Shown here piece after piece: positions 62,683 through 64,000 of a DNA stretch of 64,000 nt; the first letter of the stretch is position 1; every line of letters starts with the position of its first letter. The notes beneath the pieces were generated by a model. The model was not told the DNA's origin, did no database searches, and saw only the letters and a list, made by a program, of their open reading frames with translations. A program made the position numbers and the translations under genes. The stretch lies in the sequence record SRR31156797_5453. One strand, given 5' to 3'.

Positions 62683-63552
62683 ATGAAACAAATGATAACC
62701 GGTCACACACGGTTGGCGGCACTATTTGCCAAACCAGCCAAACACAGCATCTCTCCAGCGATGCACAATCTTTCTTTTGAAGAACAAGGGATCGACGCCG
62801 TGTATCTGGCCTTTGATGTTGAGCCGGATGATTTAGCCGCTAGTATCCAAAGCATCCGTCAGTTGGATCTCTTAGGTGTCAATCTATCAATGCCCCATAA
62901 AATGGCAGCAGTACCGTTGATGGATGAATGCTCACCAGCAGCCGAGCTGATCGGCGCAATCAATACAATCGTCAATCAAGAGGGGCGATTGATTGGGCAC
63001 AATACAGATGGTATCGGCTTTATGCGCGCACTTGAAGACATTCAAGTGTCGATCATTGGAAAAACGATGACTGTGATCGGTGCAGGTGGAGCAGCGACAG
63101 CAATCATTAGTCAAGCTGCACTAGATGGTGTCAAAACAATCCGTGTCTTTAACCGCAAGGATGAGTTTTATCCAATCATCCAGGAAAAATTGACACAGAT
63201 CGCAGAAAAGACCGCCTCTGAAATCACATTAACGGATTTAGAAGATCAGACGGCTCTAAAAACAGCCATCGATCAAAGCAGTCTTTTAGTTAATGCTACT
63301 GGCGTGGGGATGAAGTCGAATGATACGGTAAGTCCTCTAAAAGACAAAACACTCTTGCGGGAATCATTAGCTGTCTATGATGTCATCTATAATCCAAGAG
63401 AAACGCAGCTTTTGAAAGATGCGAAAGAAGTCGGTGCCAAAACTGCAAACGGCTTAAGCATGTTGCTGTATCAAGGTGCAGCTGCATTTAAACTTTGGAC
63501 AGGCCAAGAAATGCCTGTTGAAAAAGTAAAAGCACTTATTGAGTCCATGTAA
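62683..63552 (+). CDS. aroE: Shikimate dehydrogenase
   Basis: HSISPAMHN, NLSMPHK, GAINTI, NTDGIGF, GAGGAA, NATGVGM, MLLYQG; AAAGGA RBS before ATG 62683. Confidence 0.95.
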   Translation: MKQMITGHTRLAALFAKPAKHSISPAMHNLSFEEQGIDAVYLAFDVEPDDLAASIQSIRQLDLLGVNLSMPHKMAAVPLMDECSPAAELIGAINTIVNQEGRLIGHNTDGIGFMRALEDIQVSIIGKTMTVIGAGGAATAIISQAALDGVKTIRVFNRKDEFYPIIQEKLTQIAEKTASEITLTDLEDQTALKTAIDQSSLLVNATGVGMKSNDTVSPLKDKTLLRESLAVYDVIYNPRETQLLKDAKEVGAKTANGLSMLLYQGAAAFKLWTGQEMPVEKVKALIESM

Positions 63553-63592
63553 AAAATAAAAAAATTAGAAAAAACGAAAGTAGGAAGAAAAA

Positions 63593-64000
63593 ATGATCGT
63601 AATTATGAAACCAGGCGCTACGCCAGAACAAGTTGAAGTTGTTGTAACTAGAATCAAAAAAGAAGGCTTAGATGTTCAAGTCAACCAAGGAAAAGAACAG
63701 GTCGTTATCGGGTTAAAAGGGGATACACGCCGCATCCAAGATGTTGCTTTTCGCAGCTACGAAGGTGTCGAAGATGCCATTCGGATCTCAAATACTTACA
63801 AATTGACCTCTCGTGAGTTCCATCCGCAAGATACGGTTGTGGATGTAGATGGTGTGAAAATCGGTGACGGCAACTTTGTTACGATGGCTGGTCCATGTTC
63901 GATTGAAGGCTTAGACCAAATTCGTGAATGTGCCCGAATCGCCAAAGCTGGTGGTGCACAAATCTTACGTGGTGGTGCCTTCAAACCCCGCACGTCGCCT
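63593..64000 (+). CDS. aroF: DAHP synthase (3-deoxy-7-phosphoheptulonate synthase, type I-beta with N-terminal regulatory domain), runs off the window end; absent from the ORF track
   Basis: Translates as MIVIMKPGATPEQV...YKLTSREFHP...AGPCSIE...LRGGAFKPRTSP. Confidence 0.95.
   Translation, partial: MIVIMKPGATPEQVEVVVTRIKKEGLDVQVNQGKEQVVIGLKGDTRRIQDVAFRSYEGVEDAIRISNTYKLTSREFHPQDTVVDVDGVKIGDGNFVTMAGPCSIEGLDQIRECARIAKAGGAQILRGGAFKPRTSP

Overview
Low-GC Gram-positive chromosomal segment, most likely Enterococcus (inferred from gene content and protein similarity as recalled; species not determined). Most of it is core genome: end of tkt, GH73-LysM autolysin, cysK, perR-ridA, dnaD-nth, ponA-recU, ypsA-gpsB-rnpB-ypsC, M32 peptidase, cshB, T-box-alaS, cls, rnhA, ebsA, fhs, lspA-rluD, the full pyr operon with its PyrR attenuator, an alpha-carbonic anhydrase, rqcH, a TrpXYZ-type ABC transporter and the start of the aro operon. 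Two things stand out. (1) Two short leader ORFs missed by the ORF track: MKLFIPLQVKSWQNWRR (Trp) upstream of the trpXYZ-like transporter and MQKLLLTNPTQLNKYYFSYFR (Tyr/Phe) upstream of aroE-aroF. Both end in AGA-TAG and are followed by the same set of mutually exclusive helices and terminators, including a shared TGTATCTATGNTGG segment. This looks like a family of ribosome-mediated attenuators for aromatic amino acids, where Firmicutes usually use T-boxes or TRAP. (2) A roughly 12 kb accessory block between nth and ponA: a WxL surface-protein cluster followed by a multi-domain peptidoglycan hydrolase, an extra signal peptidase, a membrane protein and a DivIVA-like coiled-coil protein. No transposase, integrase, CRISPR array, rRNA or tRNA was recognised. 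All calls are by eye; no searches or folding programs were run.
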